The position numbers and the translations under genes were made by a program. Shown piece after piece: positions 38,642-51,809 of a stretch of 64,000 nucleotides of DNA. The notes under the pieces are model-generated. The model did not search any database. It was not told the origin of the DNA and saw nothing but the letters and a program-made list of their open reading frames with translations. Every line of letters begins with the position of its first letter. Position 1 is the stretch's first letter. Source of the DNA: an uncultured Spirochaetota bacterium (GTDB lineage: Bacteria; Spirochaetota; Brevinematia; Brevinematales; JAOACQ01); contig CAVYGN010000002.1 in assembly GCA_963768055.1 (NCBI GenBank), forward strand, positions 896,001 to 960,000, written 5' to 3'.

Positions 38642-41600
38642 ATGAAGGGTTCGACAAGTTTCGGAGCGATATCAATTCAGCTTGCATCTTCAGAACTCAT
38701 AAAAAGTCTCTCATACGGCGAGGTTAAAAAGCCGGAAACTATCAATTATAGAACGCTTCGCCCCGAAAGGGACGGACTTTTCTGTGAAAGAATATTCGGG
38801 CCTACGAAGGATTATGAATGTTCCTGCGGAAAATTCCGTTCGATCAGGTATAAAGGGATAGTTTGCGATAAATGCGGAGTTGAAGTAACCGAAGCTAAAG
38901 TCAGGAGATACAGAACAGGCCATATCGAACTTGCGGCGCCTGTAGCTCATATCTGGTATTACAGGATTGTACCCAGCAAGATCGCCCTTCTCCTGGATGT
39001 TGCACCCACTGATATTCAGAGTATTCTTTATTTTGAAAAATATATCGTAATAGATCCGGGCGAAACCGACCTCATCCAAAACCAGGTCCTCACCGACGAA
39101 GAGTTCGAGGAATATAAAGAAAAGTATAAAGAAGCCTTTACAGCCGATACCGGCGCTATCGCGGTAAAAAAGATCCTGAAAAACCTCGATCTTGATGTTC
39201 TTATCGATATGCTGCGCAACCAGGTCGATTCAAAGCTTAAGGTTGATAAAAAGGTTCTGAAAAGGCTCGAACTTGCTGAGGAGATCAGGAAATCCAACAA
39301 TAAACCCGAATGGGTAATACTCGATGTCATACCAGTAATACCTCCTGATCTGAGGCCTATGGTCCCGCTTGACGGAGGCAGATTTGCCACATCCGATATT
39401 AACGATCTATATAGAAGACTGATCAACAGAAATAACAGACTGAGAAAACTTAAATCGGTTAATGCTCCGGATATCATTATTAAAAATGAAATGAGAATGG
39501 TGCAGGACGCGGTTGATTCACTATTTGACAACTCGAGGCGCTCTCACCCGGTAACAGGAAACGGCGACAGGCCGCTAAAATCTTTATCGGATATTTTAAA
39601 AGGGAAACAGGGCCGCTTCAGGCAGAACCTGCTCGGTAAGCGAGTTGATTATTCAGGCAGATCCGTAATTATAGTAGGGCCGAATTTAAAACTGCATCAA
39701 TGCGGCCTTCCCAAATTAATGGCGCTTGAACTCTTCAAGCCATTTGTAATGAGGGGGCTTGTGGAACAGGGTTATGCTCATAACATCAAGGCCGCTAAAA
39801 GAATGATAGAAACTGAGCATGAATTGGTTTGGGGAATACTCGAGAATGTCGTAAAGGGGCATCCTGTATTATTAAACCGTGCTCCAACCCTTCATCGTCT
39901 GGGTATCCAGGCCTTTGAGCCGATACTTATCGAAGAAAAAGCCATACAGCTTCACCCGCTGGTCTGCCATGCTTATAACGCCGACTTTGACGGAGACCAG
40001 ATGGCAGTACATGTGCCCCTTACTCCGGAAGCTCAGATCGAGGCGTGGATGCTGATGCTTTCTTCAAGAAATCTCCTTAACCCGGCTAATGGAAAACCTA
40101 TAGTTTACCCGACTCAGGACATGGTCCTCGGGATTTACTTCCTGACTAAAATCGACAATAACTCCTCATCGGAGAAAAAATATTTTGATAATCTGGATGA
40201 AATATTCCTGGCGATCGAGATGAAAAAAGCCCATTATAACCAGAAAATAAAATATAAATTTAAGGGTAAATGGATTGAAACTTCTTTCGGAAGGGTTATA
40301 TTCAATGAAATAATTCCGGAAAAGATGGATTTCATAAACGATACTCTGACCAGCAAGAAAATTGAGACATTGATCGCAAACTGCTACAAAACATACGGCA
40401 TAAAAGAGACCGCCCAGCTTGTCGACAATCTTAAAACCCTCGGGTTTAAGTACTCGACAATTTACGGAGTGACAATCTCTGTTTCAGATGTCGAAATCCC
40501 CGAAGAAAAATACAGTATAGTGGAAAAAACGGAGAAAGAGGTTGAAAATACCGAGGATAACGCAAGGAAAGGCCTCATCACCCATGATGAAAAATATAAC
40601 CAGGTGATCGACCTTTGGGCAAGCGCGAATGAAAAGGTCAAAAAGCTGGTGGAAGGGAAGCTCAAAGAAAGTGAGGGCGGGTTCAATTCTCTCTACGCCA
40701 TGATGGATTCGGGTGCAAGAGGCTCGAGGGAACAGATACGCCAGCTTGCCGGAATGAGAGGTTTGATGGCGAAACCGTCAGGAGAAATTATAGAACTCGC
40801 AATCAAATCCAATTTTAAAGAGGGCCTGTCAGTGCTTGAATATTTCATCTCAAGCCATGGCGCAAGAAAGGGCCTTGCCGATACGGCGCTTAAAACCGCC
40901 GACGCAGGTTATCTTACAAGAAAGCTTGTCGACATCTCGCACGACGTAGTTGTGACAGAGGTTGACTGCGGGACCGTAAAAGGGATTGACATATCTTCCA
41001 TTAAAGAGGGAGATGAAGTTATAAAACCGCTCAAGGAGAGGATCCTGGGCCAGGTCGTTGTTTCGAATATATACGACCCTAGAAACGGGGAGCTTCTTGT
41101 TTCGGCCAACGATCTTCTCGATGAAGCTAAAACAAAACGTATCGAGGATGCCGGCATCGAAACTGTAAAGATCCGAAGCGTGCTTACCTGCGAATCGAAC
41201 CATGGTGTTTGTGCAAGCTGTTACGGATGGGATCTTTCCGCCCGTTCGCGTGTAAATATCGGTGAGGCTGTCGGGATCATTGCCGCCGAATCGATAGGAC
41301 AACCGGGAACCCAGCTTACCATGAGAACCTTCCATATCGGCGGAACCGCCGCGACACAGCTTGAGGAAAGCGAACTTAAATTGAATTATGACGCTTACCT
41401 GGTTGAACTACCTGAAAATCTGATATCAAAGGAAGTCGAAGGAAAGGAGAAGGTCATAGTTCCCAGGAAGTCTTATGTAAAAGTAAGGAAGATACTCAGC
41501 ACTTATAGTAAGACTGATATAAAAGAGGATAAAAAAGAACTCTTAGCCCTTAACGGTAAAGAGTTCTTAAGTGAAAAAACCGTATTCAGCTTATCGGACG

Positions 41601-42727
41601 GCACCGAAGTGAAGTTCGGGAAAAAGGTATTCGTCCTGGTCGAGGGAAAGGATGTCCTGATCCTTGAAAGCAGTATCAATGAGTATCCTGTCAAGATCGG
41701 CTCTTTCATATATGTAAAGAGAGGGCAGATCGTGAAAAAGGGAGAGAAGATAGCGGATTTCGACCCCTATAACGAGGTTTTCATCAGCGAGCATGACGGT
41801 ATTGTAGGTTTTGCGATTGAAAAAAGCGAGGGCGAAGAACAGAAGAATAAAAATATACTTGTGATTTATAATGATAAAAATAAAGAAATGGAAAGGTTTG
41901 TCCTTGTTCATGGAACTTCGTTAGCAGTTCCCGAAGGCGAAAAAGTCCAGCGGGGCGATATAGTGGCCAGAAGACCCGTGGCTAAAAGAAGGACCAGAGA
42001 TATTATCGGCGGTTTACCCAGGGTAACAGAATTATTCGAATCGAGAAAGCCGAAAAACATTGCTGTTATTGCGAAAGTAAATGGTTCTGTTGAGAATATC
42101 GAGCAGAAAAAAGGGAAATATATTATATGGATAAAAGGCAATAACGGCCTCCTGTTTTCTCATATTGTCCCTACAGGGAAAAATATATTCGTAAGGATCG
42201 GAGACAAGGTTCAGGCAGGCGAATCTCTTTGCGACGGTGTAGTGAGTTCACATGACATTCTGAAAGTTTTAGGTTATACGAAAGTAAACGAGTTTCTGCT
42301 AAACGAGATACAATCGGTTTACCGTTTACAGGGTGTTGATATCAATGAAAAACATATAAGCGTCATAATCCGGCAGATGCTGAAAAAAGTTGAAGTCGTG
42401 AATCCCGGCGATACGGAATTTATTACCGGACAGAATATAGACAAGAGTAAATTTTATAAGGAAAATGAGAAAATAAAGAGCCAGGGAGGACAAGCTGCAA
42501 AAGCAAGGCCGATCCTGATGGGCCTTACAAAGGCGTCTTTATTTACTGAAAGCTTCCTATCCGCTGCTTCATTCCAGGAGACCCCCAGGGTATTGTCGAG
42601 CGCCGCTTTGAAAAGCGCTAAAGACAAACTTGAGGGCCTTAAGGAAAACCTGGTAATAGGCCAGCTTATTCCTGCTGGAACGGGGATTAAGGATTATCAG
42701 TTTATCAAGGTGAAAAACCTGGAGTAA
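38642..42727 (+). CDS. rpoC: RNA polymerase beta' subunit
   Basis: Zn ribbon, [28 protein letters not shown]. Confidence 0.99.
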   Translation: MKGSTSFGAISIQLASSELIKSLSYGEVKKPETINYRTLRPERDGLFCERIFGPTKDYECSCGKFRSIRYKGIVCDKCGVEVTEAKVRRYRTGHIELAAPVAHIWYYRIVPSKIALLLDVAPTDIQSILYFEKYIVIDPGETDLIQNQVLTDEEFEEYKEKYKEAFTADTGAIAVKKILKNLDLDVLIDMLRNQVDSKLKVDKKVLKRLELAEEIRKSNNKPEWVILDVIPVIPPDLRPMVPLDGGRFATSDINDLYRRLINRNNRLRKLKSVNAPDIIIKNEMRMVQDAVDSLFDNSRRSHPVTGNGDRPLKSLSDILKGKQGRFRQNLLGKRVDYSGRSVIIVGPNLKLHQCGLPKLMALELFKPFVMRGLVEQGYAHNIKAAKRMIETEHELVWGILENVVKGHPVLLNRAPTLHRLGIQAFEPILIEEKAIQLHPLVCHAYNADFDGDQMAVHVPLTPEAQIEAWMLMLSSRNLLNPANGKPIVYPTQDMVLGIYFLTKIDNNSSSEKKYFDNLDEIFLAIEMKKAHYNQKIKYKFKGKWIETSFGRVIFNEIIPEKMDFINDTLTSKKIETLIANCYKTYGIKETAQLVDNLKTLGFKYSTIYGVTISVSDVEIPEEKYSIVEKTEKEVENTEDNARKGLITHDEKYNQVIDLWASANEKVKKLVEGKLKESEGGFNSLYAMMDSGARGSREQIRQLAGMRGLMAKPSGEIIELAIKSNFKEGLSVLEYFISSHGARKGLADTALKTADAGYLTRKLVDISHDVVVTEVDCGTVKGIDISSIKEGDEVIKPLKERILGQVVVSNIYDPRNGELLVSANDLLDEAKTKRIEDAGIETVKIRSVLTCESNHGVCASCYGWDLSARSRVNIGEAVGIIAAESIGQPGTQLTMRTFHIGGTAATQLEESELKLNYDAYLVELPENLISKEVEGKEKVIVPRKSYVKVRKILSTYSKTDIKEDKKELLALNGKEFLSEKTVFSLSDGTEVKFGKKVFVLVEGKDVLILESSINEYPVKIGSFIYVKRGQIVKKGEKIADFDPYNEVFISEHDGIVGFAIEKSEGEEQKNKNILVIYNDKNKEMERFVLVHGTSLAVPEGEKVQRGDIVARRPVAKRRTRDIIGGLPRVTELFESRKPKNIAVIAKVNGSVENIEQKKGKYIIWIKGNNGLLFSHIVPTGKNIFVRIGDKVQAGESLCDGVVSSHDILKVLGYTKVNEFLLNEIQSVYRLQGVDINEKHISVIIRQMLKKVEVVNPGDTEFITGQNIDKSKFYKENEKIKSQGGQAAKARPILMGLTKASLFTESFLSAASFQETPRVLSSAALKSAKDKLEGLKENLVIGQLIPAGTGIKDYQFIKVKNLE

Positions 42728-42825
42728 GGCCAACCTTTTTTTCTCTTATATTTAACTCAAGAATTTGTCAAAATATCGGTGGATAAATAAGGGGAGAACC
42801 AGCCTCTGCGAAAAACCGTAAAAAT

Positions 42826-42854
42826 TTGACAGGAAAAGGCATGTTTATTATAAT
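42826..42854 (+). promoter_or_regulatory. Consensus sigma70 promoter of the str operon
   Basis: Perfect TTGACA-17bp-TATAAT. Confidence 0.85.
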
Positions 42855-42896
42855 ATGTCCCTTGTCCTAATACTTATAAAGAAGGGGTTATACGTT

Positions 42897-43271
42897 ATGC
42901 CCACAATAAATCAGCTGGTTAGAAAAGGCAGAAAGTCTGTCCTTTCTAAGAGCAAGTCACCGGCCCTTCAGCAGAACCCTCAGAAGAGGGGAGTTTGCGT
43001 GAGGGTTACTACTATGACGCCCAAGAAACCTAACTCCGCTTTGAGAAAAATAGCGAGGGTGAGGCTTGTTCAGGGATTGGAAGTCACCGCTTACATACCC
43101 GGGATCGGGCATAATCTTCAGGAACACTCTGTTGTATTGATCAGGGGAGGAAGAGTAAAGGACCTTCCCGGAGTAAGGTATCATATCATCAGAGGGACTC
43201 TTGACTCAATGGGTGTAGAAAAGAGAAAAACCAGCCGCTCCAAATACGGAGCCAAAAAAGCTAAAGCTTAA
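42897..43271 (+). CDS. rpsL: uS12
   Basis: [28 protein letters not shown]. Confidence 0.98.
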   Translation: MPTINQLVRKGRKSVLSKSKSPALQQNPQKRGVCVRVTTMTPKKPNSALRKIARVRLVQGLEVTAYIPGIGHNLQEHSVVLIRGGRVKDLPGVRYHIIRGTLDSMGVEKRKTSRSKYGAKKAKA

Positions 43272-43285
43272 GAGGATGGGAAGCG

Positions 43286-43756
43286 ATGCCTAGAAAAAAA
43301 AGAGTATATGGAAAAAGGATTATAGTAGATAGCAAATATAAGAATATGATGGTAATGAAATTGATAAACCGCATGATGCTTGACGGAAAGAAAACCACTT
43401 CAGCGGGCATTGTTTACGGCGCTATTGATTACCTGGCCGAAAAAACGGGTGAGGAAGGAATCGCGGCTTTCGACAAGGCCTTAGCCAATATCAAGCCGCC
43501 GGTTGAAGTCAGATCCAGAAGGGTGGGGGGAGCGACTTATCAGGTGCCGACGGAAGTAAGGCCCGAACGTCAAAATTCTCTTACCCTGAGATGGCTTGTA
43601 AACCTTTCGAGAGAAAGAAAAGAACATTCAATGATAGAAAAACTCGGCAGGGAACTTCTGGACGCTTTCAATAATACAGGTTCCTGTGTTAAGAAAAAAA
43701 TGGACACGATAAAGATGGCGGAAGCCAATAAGGCATTCGCACATTATAAGTGGTAA
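43286..43756 (+). CDS. rpsG: uS7
   Basis: RRVGGATYQVP, MAEANKAFAH. Confidence 0.98.
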   Translation: MPRKKRVYGKRIIVDSKYKNMMVMKLINRMMLDGKKTTSAGIVYGAIDYLAEKTGEEGIAAFDKALANIKPPVEVRSRRVGGATYQVPTEVRPERQNSLTLRWLVNLSRERKEHSMIEKLGRELLDAFNNTGSCVKKKMDTIKMAEANKAFAHYKW

Positions 43757-43774
43757 TAGGAGACTTGTGAGACT

Positions 43775-45856
43775 ATGGCTTTAGAAAAGGCTATTTCTTT
43801 ACTGAAGGTTAGGAATATCGGTATTGCAGCGCATATTGACGCCGGGAAAACAACCGCCAGCGAAAGAATTTTGTTTTACACCGGGAAAACACATAAAATC
43901 GGCGAAGTGCATGAAGGCGCCGCTGAAATGGATTGGATGGTGCAGGAGAAGGAAAGAGGAATTACGATCACCAGCGCCGCAACAACCTGTTTCTGGAAGG
44001 ATTATAAAATTAATCTGATAGATACTCCTGGACATGTCGATTTTACTGCCGAGGTCGAAAGGTCGCTGCGAGTGCTCGACGGTGCAGTTGCGGTTTTTGA
44101 CGGGGGAGAAGGAGTCGAACCTCAATCGGAGACCGTATGGCGTCAGGCTGATAAATATGACGTTCCCAGGATCGCATTTATTAATAAAATGGACAAACTC
44201 GGAGCCGATTTTTATAAATCGGTAGCGTCGATGGAAAAGAAACTTGGCGTAAAAGCCCTTCCCATACAGCTTCCTATAGGAGCGGAAAGCGATTTTAAGG
44301 GAGTGGTTGATATAATATCCCGCAAGGCATATATTTGGCCGGATGATGATTCTGAAGGCATTAATTATAATGAAGTCGAAGTCCCCAATGAGTTGAAAGA
44401 GAAGCTTGAGCACTACCGTGTTTCTTTACTGGATCACGTTTGCGATGGAAATGACGATTTAATGGAAAAATACCTCGAGGGAAAGGATATATCGGATGAA
44501 GAGATAAAAAGCGCCCTGAGAAAGCTTACTATAACAAACACGGTTTTCCCGGTAGTCTGCGGGAGCGCTTTGAAGAACAAAGGCATTCAGCTTCTGCTCG
44601 ACGCAGTTATCGATTATCTCCCTTCGCCGCTTGAAATACCTCCATTGAAGGCGGTTAACGCAGCGACGGGAAAAGAGGAATTGGCGAAACCGGTTGCCGA
44701 CGAACCTTTTTGCGGACTGGCTTTCAAGGTTATGGTAGATTCCTTCGTGGGAAAACTTGTTTTTGTAAGAGTTTATTCGGGTACGCTTGAAAAGGGCAGT
44801 TATATATATAATGTTAACAAGGATAAAAAAGAAAGAGTGGCGAGACTGCTCAGGATGCACGCCAATAAAAGGGAAGAAATCGACAGCGTTTCCGCGGGCG
44901 ACATTGTCGCGGTAATCGGAATAAAAGATACGGTTACTGGAGACAGCCTCTCCAGCGAAGACAGACCTCTACGGCTTGAAGCTATCGATTTCCCTGAACC
45001 TGTTATTATGGTGGCTATAGAGCCCAAGACAAAAGAAGAAGTGGATAAAATGGGTGTAGCCCTTAAAAAACTACAGGAAGAAGACCCGACCTTCAAAGTC
45101 AATACTGATGACGAGACCGGCCAGACCCTGATTCATGGTATGGGCGAACTTCATCTCGAAATAATCGTTGACAGGATGGTAAGGGAATACAAGGTACAGG
45201 CTAATATAGGCAAACCCCAGGTAGCGTACAGGGAAACGATCCGGAAAGCTGCTAAATCCGAAGGCAAATATGTACGCCAGAGCGGAGGCAGGGGCCAGTA
45301 TGGTCATGTTATGCTCTCGGTCGAACCTCTTGAAAAGGGAAAGGGATTCGAGTTCGAAGACAAGGTTGTTGGCGGACGTATCCCGAAAGAATTCATACCC
45401 GCGATCCAGAAAGGGGTCGAGGAAGCGATAACGAACGGTATCATAGGCGGCTATCCGGTAGTGGATATTAAAGCCTCGGTTTACGACGGGTCTTTCCATG
45501 AAGTCGACTCTTCCGAAATGGCGTTTAAAATCGCCGCGTCGAAGGCTTTCAAGGAGGCAATGGCAGCGGCAGACCCGGTGCTTCTTGAGCCGATCATGAA
45601 AGTTGATGTAATGGTAGCCGAGGATTACCTTGGAGATGTTATCGGAGATCTTAGTTCTCGAAGGGCTAAAATAAACGGGATGGAACCCAAAGGGAACGCG
45701 CGCTTGATAACAAGTCATGTGCCGCTGGGTGAAATGTTCGGATACGCCACAATTCTTCGTTCAACAACGCAGGGAAGGGGAACATACGTGATGGCGTTCG
45801 ATCACTACAGTGAAGTTCCTAAAAATCTCTGGGAAACGATACTGAAAGCTGAATAA
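43775..45856 (+). CDS. fusA: Elongation factor G
   Basis: [34 protein letters not shown]. Confidence 0.98.
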   Translation: MALEKAISLLKVRNIGIAAHIDAGKTTASERILFYTGKTHKIGEVHEGAAEMDWMVQEKERGITITSAATTCFWKDYKINLIDTPGHVDFTAEVERSLRVLDGAVAVFDGGEGVEPQSETVWRQADKYDVPRIAFINKMDKLGADFYKSVASMEKKLGVKALPIQLPIGAESDFKGVVDIISRKAYIWPDDDSEGINYNEVEVPNELKEKLEHYRVSLLDHVCDGNDDLMEKYLEGKDISDEEIKSALRKLTITNTVFPVVCGSALKNKGIQLLLDAVIDYLPSPLEIPPLKAVNAATGKEELAKPVADEPFCGLAFKVMVDSFVGKLVFVRVYSGTLEKGSYIYNVNKDKKERVARLLRMHANKREEIDSVSAGDIVAVIGIKDTVTGDSLSSEDRPLRLEAIDFPEPVIMVAIEPKTKEEVDKMGVALKKLQEEDPTFKVNTDDETGQTLIHGMGELHLEIIVDRMVREYKVQANIGKPQVAYRETIRKAAKSEGKYVRQSGGRGQYGHVMLSVEPLEKGKGFEFEDKVVGGRIPKEFIPAIQKGVEEAITNGIIGGYPVVDIKASVYDGSFHEVDSSEMAFKIAASKAFKEAMAAADPVLLEPIMKVDVMVAEDYLGDVIGDLSSRRAKINGMEPKGNARLITSHVPLGEMFGYATILRSTTQGRGTYVMAFDHYSEVPKNLWETILKAE

Positions 45857-45890
45857 TATAATTTTATAAAACAGGAGAGGAGGCAATACA

Positions 45891-47111
45891 ATGGCAGAGG
45901 GTAAATTTGAAAGGACAAAACCGCATTTAAATGTCGGCACAATCGGTCACGTTGATCATGGTAAAACGACTCTGACAGCCGCGCTTACAAAATATTCTGA
46001 AATTTTAGGGATGGCGAAGTTTGTATCTTATGACAATGTCGCTAAGGCCTCTGAATCTCAGGGACGGCGCGACGATACAAAAATCCTCACAATCGCTACT
46101 TCTCATGTTGAATATTCAACCGCTAAAAGGCATTATGCTCACGTTGACTGCCCGGGCCATGCAGATTATGTCAAGAACATGATCACGGGTGCGGCTCAGA
46201 TGGACGGCGCTGTTCTTGTAGTCGCAGCTACCGATGGAGTAATGCCCCAGACAAGGGAGCATGTCCTCCTTGCAAGACAGGTTGATGTTCCTTCTATTAT
46301 TGTTTTTATCAACAAGGTGGATATGGTTGCAGACGCTGATAAAGAACTTATAGATCTTGTTGAAATGGATATCAGGGACCTGTTGAACCAGTACAATTTT
46401 CCCGGAAACGATACGCCGGTAATACGGGGTTCGGCTTACAAGGCTTATACAAGCGCTTCAAAGGATTCTAACGCTCCCGAATATGCATGCATTAAAGAAC
46501 TGCTTGACGCCATGGATAATTATTTTAAAGAACCGATAAGGGAACTTGACAAGCCCTTTATGATGCCTATTGAAGATATATTTTCAATCACCGGCAGGGG
46601 AACTGTGGCTACCGGCAGGATCGAGAGAGGCAAAATAAAGGTCGGCGAGGAAGTCGAGATCGTCGGCTATCATGACACGGGTAAAACTGTCGTTACAGGC
46701 GTTGAAATGTTCAGAAAGATTCTTGATGACGGACAGGCGGGTGACAACGTGGGTCTTTTGTTAAGAGGCGTTGATAAGGATTCGATCAGAAGAGGTATGG
46801 TCCTTGCAAAACCCGGAACAATTACTCCCCATATGAAATTTAACGGACAGGTTTACGTTCTAAAACCCGAAGAAGGCGGAAGAAAATCTCCCTTCCATGT
46901 CGGATACAGACCCCAGTTTTATATGAGTACATCAGATGTTACAGGAAATATCGGGGGAATCCAGGGTGCGGATATGGTTATGCCCGGGGATAATGTCACA
47001 ATGACGATCGAGCTTATTACAAAAGTGGCGGTAGAAAAGGGCATGCGTTTCGCTATAAGAGAAGGTGGAAGGACTATCGGTTCAGGCGTTGTTACTGAAA
47101 TTGTGGAATAG
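45891..47111 (+). CDS. tuf: Elongation factor Tu (variant switch I)
   Basis: [34 protein letters not shown]. Confidence 0.98.
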   Translation: MAEGKFERTKPHLNVGTIGHVDHGKTTLTAALTKYSEILGMAKFVSYDNVAKASESQGRRDDTKILTIATSHVEYSTAKRHYAHVDCPGHADYVKNMITGAAQMDGAVLVVAATDGVMPQTREHVLLARQVDVPSIIVFINKVDMVADADKELIDLVEMDIRDLLNQYNFPGNDTPVIRGSAYKAYTSASKDSNAPEYACIKELLDAMDNYFKEPIRELDKPFMMPIEDIFSITGRGTVATGRIERGKIKVGEEVEIVGYHDTGKTVVTGVEMFRKILDDGQAGDNVGLLLRGVDKDSIRRGMVLAKPGTITPHMKFNGQVYVLKPEEGGRKSPFHVGYRPQFYMSTSDVTGNIGGIQGADMVMPGDNVTMTIELITKVAVEKGMRFAIREGGRTIGSGVVTEIVE

Positions 47112-47128
47112 AGAAAAGAGGTTGAATT

Positions 47129-47431
47129 GTGAGTAGAATAAGAGTCAGACTTAAAGCCTATGATGTTAACCTGATCGATAAATCTGCAAAATCGATTGTC
47201 GAATCCGTCAAAAGCAGGGGTGGAAGGGTCTCAGGGCCTATACCCTTGCCTACCAGGATAAAAAAATATACGGTTTTAACATCTCCCCATGTTAATAAGG
47301 ATGCGAGGGAGCAGTTTGAAATGAGGGTTCATAAAAGGCTTATAGATATTCTGGATCCCAGCTCGGATCTTGTAAACGCCCTGATGGAATTACAGCTTCC
47401 TGCCGGGGTCGAAGTGGAGATCAAGCAATAA
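47129..47431 (+). CDS. rpsJ: uS10
   Basis: GPIPLPT, SPHVNK, HKRLID; GTG start. Confidence 0.97.
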   Translation: MSRIRVRLKAYDVNLIDKSAKSIVESVKSRGGRVSGPIPLPTRIKKYTVLTSPHVNKDAREQFEMRVHKRLIDILDPSSDLVNALMELQLPAGVEVEIKQ

Positions 47432-47456
47432 GCAATATGGCATAGGTGGAATTTAC

Positions 47457-48041
47457 ATGAAGGCTAAGAACGTTGGAATATTAGGAAGAAAATTAGGCAT
47501 GACGCAGATGTACTGGAATGATGCCATGGTCGGCGTTACTGTTGTTGATTTTTCCGGGCTTGAATATATCGGCAGCAGGACTGCTGAAAAAGACGGTTAT
47601 AAAGCGGCCATTATCGGAATAAATAATAAAAATGGCCGGTCAATGGGCTGCATCCGGGAAGTAAGGGTCGAAAACACCGATTCATATCAGGACGGTTCCT
47701 ATATGAACATATTCGATTCAGTCAAAAAGGTGGATGTAATAGGAATAATGAAGGGGCGTGGATTTACCGGGGTTATGAAGCGTCATGGTTTCCATGGAGG
47801 TCCCGCTTCTCATGGGGCGAAGCATTGGCATAGGAGGCCCGGTTCTATCGGAGGCCATACTTTTCCGGCGAAAACATGGCGGGGACAGAAAATGCCTGGT
47901 CATTATGGTAATGTAAAAGTCTGCACGCTCAGCCAGGATCTTGTAAAGCTTGATAAAGAGAACAAGCTTATCTTTATCAGGGGAGCTGTTCCCGGCGCAA
48001 AAAATTCATACGTAATGGTCAGAGATGCTGTAAAGGGGTGA
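47457..48041 (+). CDS. rplC: uL3 (compact, 194 aa)
   Basis: GRKLGMTQ, KGRGFTGVMKR, RPGSIG, KMPGH.G, GAVPG. Confidence 0.96.
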   Translation: MKAKNVGILGRKLGMTQMYWNDAMVGVTVVDFSGLEYIGSRTAEKDGYKAAIIGINNKNGRSMGCIREVRVENTDSYQDGSYMNIFDSVKKVDVIGIMKGRGFTGVMKRHGFHGGPASHGAKHWHRRPGSIGGHTFPAKTWRGQKMPGHYGNVKVCTLSQDLVKLDKENKLIFIRGAVPGAKNSYVMVRDAVKG

Positions 48042-48049
48042 TTTGAATT

Positions 48050-48679
48050 ATGAAATTAGATGTCTACAACGGTTCAGTAAAGGTTAAAGAAGTCAATTAT
48101 CCTTTTCTAAGCGATAAGTATTCGGAAGGAGTCGTACACCAGGCCCTTGTAGCGAGATTATCCCATGAAAGGGAGGGTAACGCCTCTACATTGACAAAAT
48201 CAGAGGTCAGGGGCGGCGGAAAAAAACCATGGCGTCAGAAGGGTTTGGGAAGGGCGCGCTCAGGTTCGACAAGATCGCCTCTATGGAGAGGCGGCGGAGT
48301 GATTTTCGGTCCTAAACCGCATGACAGGGATAAGGGGATTTTGAAAAAGCAGAAATCATCGGCTTTATTATCAGTTTTTAACAAATTAACAGAATTGGGA
48401 AGGGTGAAGGTATTTGAGGATATTGAGCTTAAAACCCACAAAACAAAAGATTTTATAAAAGCGTTTGAAGGGCTTATTGAAAACAAAAAAGAAAAGGTAG
48501 TCGTTATAACTGCTGATTATGATAAAAATATGGCCCTTGCTTCAAGGAACCTGCAGAATTTCAGGGTCCTTTATGTCACATCACTTGATTTACTGCCTAT
48601 CATTTATACGGATAGGTTATTAATATCCGAAAAGGCGATTGAGAAACTCGGGACTGCCTTTTCCGGCATAAAGCACTAA
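48050..48679 (+). CDS. rplD: uL4
   Basis: EVRGGGKKPWRQKG.GRAR.GS.RSP.WRGGG..FGPKP. Confidence 0.97.
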   Translation: MKLDVYNGSVKVKEVNYPFLSDKYSEGVVHQALVARLSHEREGNASTLTKSEVRGGGKKPWRQKGLGRARSGSTRSPLWRGGGVIFGPKPHDRDKGILKKQKSSALLSVFNKLTELGRVKVFEDIELKTHKTKDFIKAFEGLIENKKEKVVVITADYDKNMALASRNLQNFRVLYVTSLDLLPIIYTDRLLISEKAIEKLGTAFSGIKH

Positions 48680-48688
48680 CGGAGTATA

Positions 48689-48973
48689 ATGATGAAAGAT
48701 TTTAATATTATATTGAAGTCTCCTGTTTTGTCTGAAAAGGCAAGCGGATTAAAACCGGTTAAAAAGTTTGTATTCGAGGTGGCGAAAGACGCCAATAAAA
48801 TTGAGATAAAAAAGGCTGTTGAAGCGCTTTATAAGGTTAAGGTGAAAAAAGTGAATACTTCGGTCATGCCTTCAAAATGGAAAAGAGTGCGGACGAATTA
48901 CGGATACACATCTCAGTGGAAGAAGGCCGTAGTGACACTTATTTCCGGCGATATTGATTTCTACAAAGTATAA
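48689..48973 (+). CDS. rplW: uL23
   Basis: PVLSEK, ANKIEIK, WKKAVVTL. Confidence 0.96.
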   Translation: MMKDFNIILKSPVLSEKASGLKPVKKFVFEVAKDANKIEIKKAVEALYKVKVKKVNTSVMPSKWKRVRTNYGYTSQWKKAVVTLISGDIDFYKV

Positions 48974-48988
48974 TCGAGAGGGAATTTT

Positions 48989-49822
48989 ATGGGATTAAAA
49001 CGATATAAGCCGATCACTCCCGGGCTCAGGCATAAAGTCACTTCCGACTTCAGCGATATTACAAGCACCGAACCTGTAAAGAATCTGATCGGAGGTATAA
49101 AGAGGGGACGGGGGAATGGTAGAAACAGCGGCGGAAGGATCACGGTCCGACACAGGGGCGGCGGAAGCAAGCGGTTTTACCGGGTTATCGATTTTAAAAG
49201 GGATAAAATCGGCGTTCAGGCCAAAGTAGTTACTATAGAATACGATCCTAACAGAACGGCAAGGATTGCGCTGGTCCAATATTACGACGGTGTGAAATCT
49301 TACATTCTGGCTCCCAACGGTTTGAAGGTCGGAGATATAATCGAGGCGGGCGATAAAATTGAAATAAGGACCGGCAATAACCTTCCTTTAAGGTCTATTC
49401 CTGTCGGTACTATCATACATAACATAGAGATAAAACCCGGTAAGGGCGGGCAACTGGCCCGTTCGGCCGGTACTCATGCTAAGCTTGACGGTAAAGAGGG
49501 TAAGTACGCAATATTAAGGATGCCTTCAAATGAGATCAGGATGATACTGCTTGACTGCAGGGCGACGGTTGGCGAAGTTTCCAATGCCGACAATTCCAAC
49601 TTTTTCCTTGGAAAAGCGGGAGTTTCCAGGCATATGGGTATCAGGCCTTATGTCAGGGGAGTAGCAATGAACAGTGTCGACCATCCCCATGGAGGGGGAA
49701 GGGGTAAACAGAAAGGCTATACGACGCCTGTAAGCCCGACCGGTGTTCCCGCGAAGGGTTATAAAACAAGACAAAAAAGTAAAACCTCTAATAAGTATAT
49801 ATTGTCCAGAAGAAAAAAATAA
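48989..49822 (+). CDS. rplB: uL2
   Basis: [26 protein letters not shown]. Confidence 0.98.
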   Translation: MGLKRYKPITPGLRHKVTSDFSDITSTEPVKNLIGGIKRGRGNGRNSGGRITVRHRGGGSKRFYRVIDFKRDKIGVQAKVVTIEYDPNRTARIALVQYYDGVKSYILAPNGLKVGDIIEAGDKIEIRTGNNLPLRSIPVGTIIHNIEIKPGKGGQLARSAGTHAKLDGKEGKYAILRMPSNEIRMILLDCRATVGEVSNADNSNFFLGKAGVSRHMGIRPYVRGVAMNSVDHPHGGGRGKQKGYTTPVSPTGVPAKGYKTRQKSKTSNKYILSRRKK

Positions 49823-49845
49823 GTTAAGGAAAGCGGGGTAGAAGA

Positions 49846-50154
49846 ATGTCAAGATCGATTAAAAAAGGCCCTTTTGTCGATTCAAAACTTTACAAAAAAG
49901 TGCTTGAAGCTCAGGAATCGAGCGAAAAAAAACCGATCAAAACATGGTCGAGGCGCTCAACTATCATTCCTGAAATGATAGGTTTGACAATCCAGATTTA
50001 TAACGGTAAAATATTTGTCCCTGCTTTCATAGGTGAAAACATGGTCGGGCATAAACTCGGGGAATTTTCACCGACCCGGATATTCAGAGGACATTCCGGG
50101 ACAAAAAAAGTTGAAAAAGAACAAACACAAACACAGACTCAAACTCAGGCATAA
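49846..50154 (+). CDS. rpsS: uS19 with QT-repeat tail
   Basis: [24 protein letters not shown]. Confidence 0.97.
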   Translation: MSRSIKKGPFVDSKLYKKVLEAQESSEKKPIKTWSRRSTIIPEMIGLTIQIYNGKIFVPAFIGENMVGHKLGEFSPTRIFRGHSGTKKVEKEQTQTQTQTQA

Positions 50155-50164
50155 TGGAGCTTAT

Positions 50165-50521
50165 ATGAATTCAAGTGCTAAGGGAAGGTCTCTACGTCTT
50201 TCTCCGCTGAAGATGAGAAAAGTTATCAACCAGGTCAGGGGTAAAAGCGTTAATGAAGCGCTATTTATTCTAAAATCTTTGCCCAACAAAGGCGCGAAGA
50301 TGGCTTATAAAGTTATTTTTTCAGCGGCGGCCAATTTTAAACATAAAAACCCTGAACTGGCGGACAAGGAATTAAGGGTCGAAGCCATTTTCGCGGACCA
50401 GGCTCCCATTTTGCGCAGGATGATGCCCAGGGCCAGGGGCCGGGCGGATATTCTGAGAAAACAATCGTGCCATTTAAGCGTCATCCTCGGCAGTATCGAA
50501 GAAAAAAAGGAAGAGAGGTAG
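50165..50521 (+). CDS. rplV: uL22
   Basis: SPLK.R.V...RGK, SAAAN, PRARGRA; start reassigned to the ATG with GGAG RBS. Confidence 0.95.
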   Translation: MNSSAKGRSLRLSPLKMRKVINQVRGKSVNEALFILKSLPNKGAKMAYKVIFSAAANFKHKNPELADKELRVEAIFADQAPILRRMMPRARGRADILRKQSCHLSVILGSIEEKKEER

Positions 50522-50524
50522 GGA

Positions 50525-51163
50525 ATGGGACAGAAAGTCAACCCGGTTTCATACAGGATCGGTATAGTAAAAACCTGGGATTCTCTCTGGTATAGTGAAA
50601 AGGATTATGTTAATTATTTAATAGAAGATTTTAAAATTCGAAATTTTATTACGAAAAATTACTCCAAGGCTTTTATTTCAAAGATTGAAATAAGCCGTTT
50701 TCCTCAACTTGTAAATGTAACTATTAATTCTTCAAAACCAGGGATTATTATTGGAAAAAAGGGAGCGGAGATTGAGAACATTTCCAAGACCCTTGAAAAA
50801 CTGACAAACGGCAAGAAAGTATCCGTTTCGGTGCGCGAGATTAAAAACCCCGAACTTGACGCGAGTGTTACCGGACAGGACATAGCCAGACAGATAGAAA
50901 GGCGTATTTCTTATAAAAAAGCAATAAAACAAGCCATCAGGAACGCCATGAAATCCGGAGGCAAAGGGATAAAGATAAGGATTTCGGGCCGGCTGAACGG
51001 GGCTGAAATTGCAAGAACGGAAGAATTTAAAGAAGGCCGACTGCCTTTATCCACCCTCAATGCTGATATTGACTATAAGGTAAGTGAAAGCTACACCGAA
51101 ATGGGTGTGATCGGTATAAAGGTTTGGATTTTTAAAGAAGCGCTGGAAGGAAGGAGAAAATAA
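50525..51163 (+). CDS. rpsC: uS3
   Basis: [31 protein letters not shown]. Confidence 0.97.
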   Translation: MGQKVNPVSYRIGIVKTWDSLWYSEKDYVNYLIEDFKIRNFITKNYSKAFISKIEISRFPQLVNVTINSSKPGIIIGKKGAEIENISKTLEKLTNGKKVSVSVREIKNPELDASVTGQDIARQIERRISYKKAIKQAIRNAMKSGGKGIKIRISGRLNGAEIARTEEFKEGRLPLSTLNADIDYKVSESYTEMGVIGIKVWIFKEALEGRRK

Positions 51164-51576
51164 TGTTATTCCCAAGCAGGACAAAGTATAGAAAACAGCA
51201 GAGGGGAGTCATAAAGGGTACTGCCAATAAGGGCGATCTTGTTGCCTTTGGAGAATATGGAATAATTTCACTCGAACCGGCATGGATAACCGACAGGCAA
51301 ATCGAAGCGGCCCGTGTTGCAGTCAACCGTTACCTTAAGAGGGGTGTAAAGCTCTGGGTAAAGATATTTCCCGATAAACCTATCACCAAAAAGGGAGAAG
51401 GGGTCAGAATGGGTAAGGGGAAGGGCATGCCTGAGGGGTGGGTAGCCGTTGTCAAACCTGGAAGAGTCCTTTTTGAAATTTCGGGTGTTGATGAGATTTC
51501 AGCGAAGGAAGCTTTCAGGCTGGCTTCTCACAAGCTGCCGATAAAGGTTAAGTTTGTCAAACGTGTAGAATTTTAG
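51163..51576 (+). CDS. rplP: uL16
   Basis: RQIEAAR, FPDKP, RMGKGKG, KLP. Confidence 0.97.
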   Translation: MLFPSRTKYRKQQRGVIKGTANKGDLVAFGEYGIISLEPAWITDRQIEAARVAVNRYLKRGVKLWVKIFPDKPITKKGEGVRMGKGKGMPEGWVAVVKPGRVLFEISGVDEISAKEAFRLASHKLPIKVKFVKRVEF

Positions 51577-51587
51577 GAGCGGTTTCA

Positions 51588-51806
51588 ATGATAAAGAAAA
51601 AGCTTAAGGAATTAAGGGACCTGTCGACAGAAGAATTGGTAAAAATGCGGTCTGAAATCCAGGGCAATATAAGGACCCTGATGTTCAGAATGAAGATAGA
51701 AAGGCCTGCGAATTTAATGGAAAAGAGAAATCTTAAAACCAAGATTGCGGTAATAAATACAATTCTCGCTGAGAGAACGGCGGCGAATGCCTTGAACAAG
51801 GGGTAG
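51588..51806 (+). CDS. rpmC: uL29
   Basis: ELRDLS.EEL, IA.INT...ER; synteny. Confidence 0.92.
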   Translation: MIKKKLKELRDLSTEELVKMRSEIQGNIRTLMFRMKIERPANLMEKRNLKTKIAVINTILAERTAANALNKG

Positions 51807-51809
51807 AGT

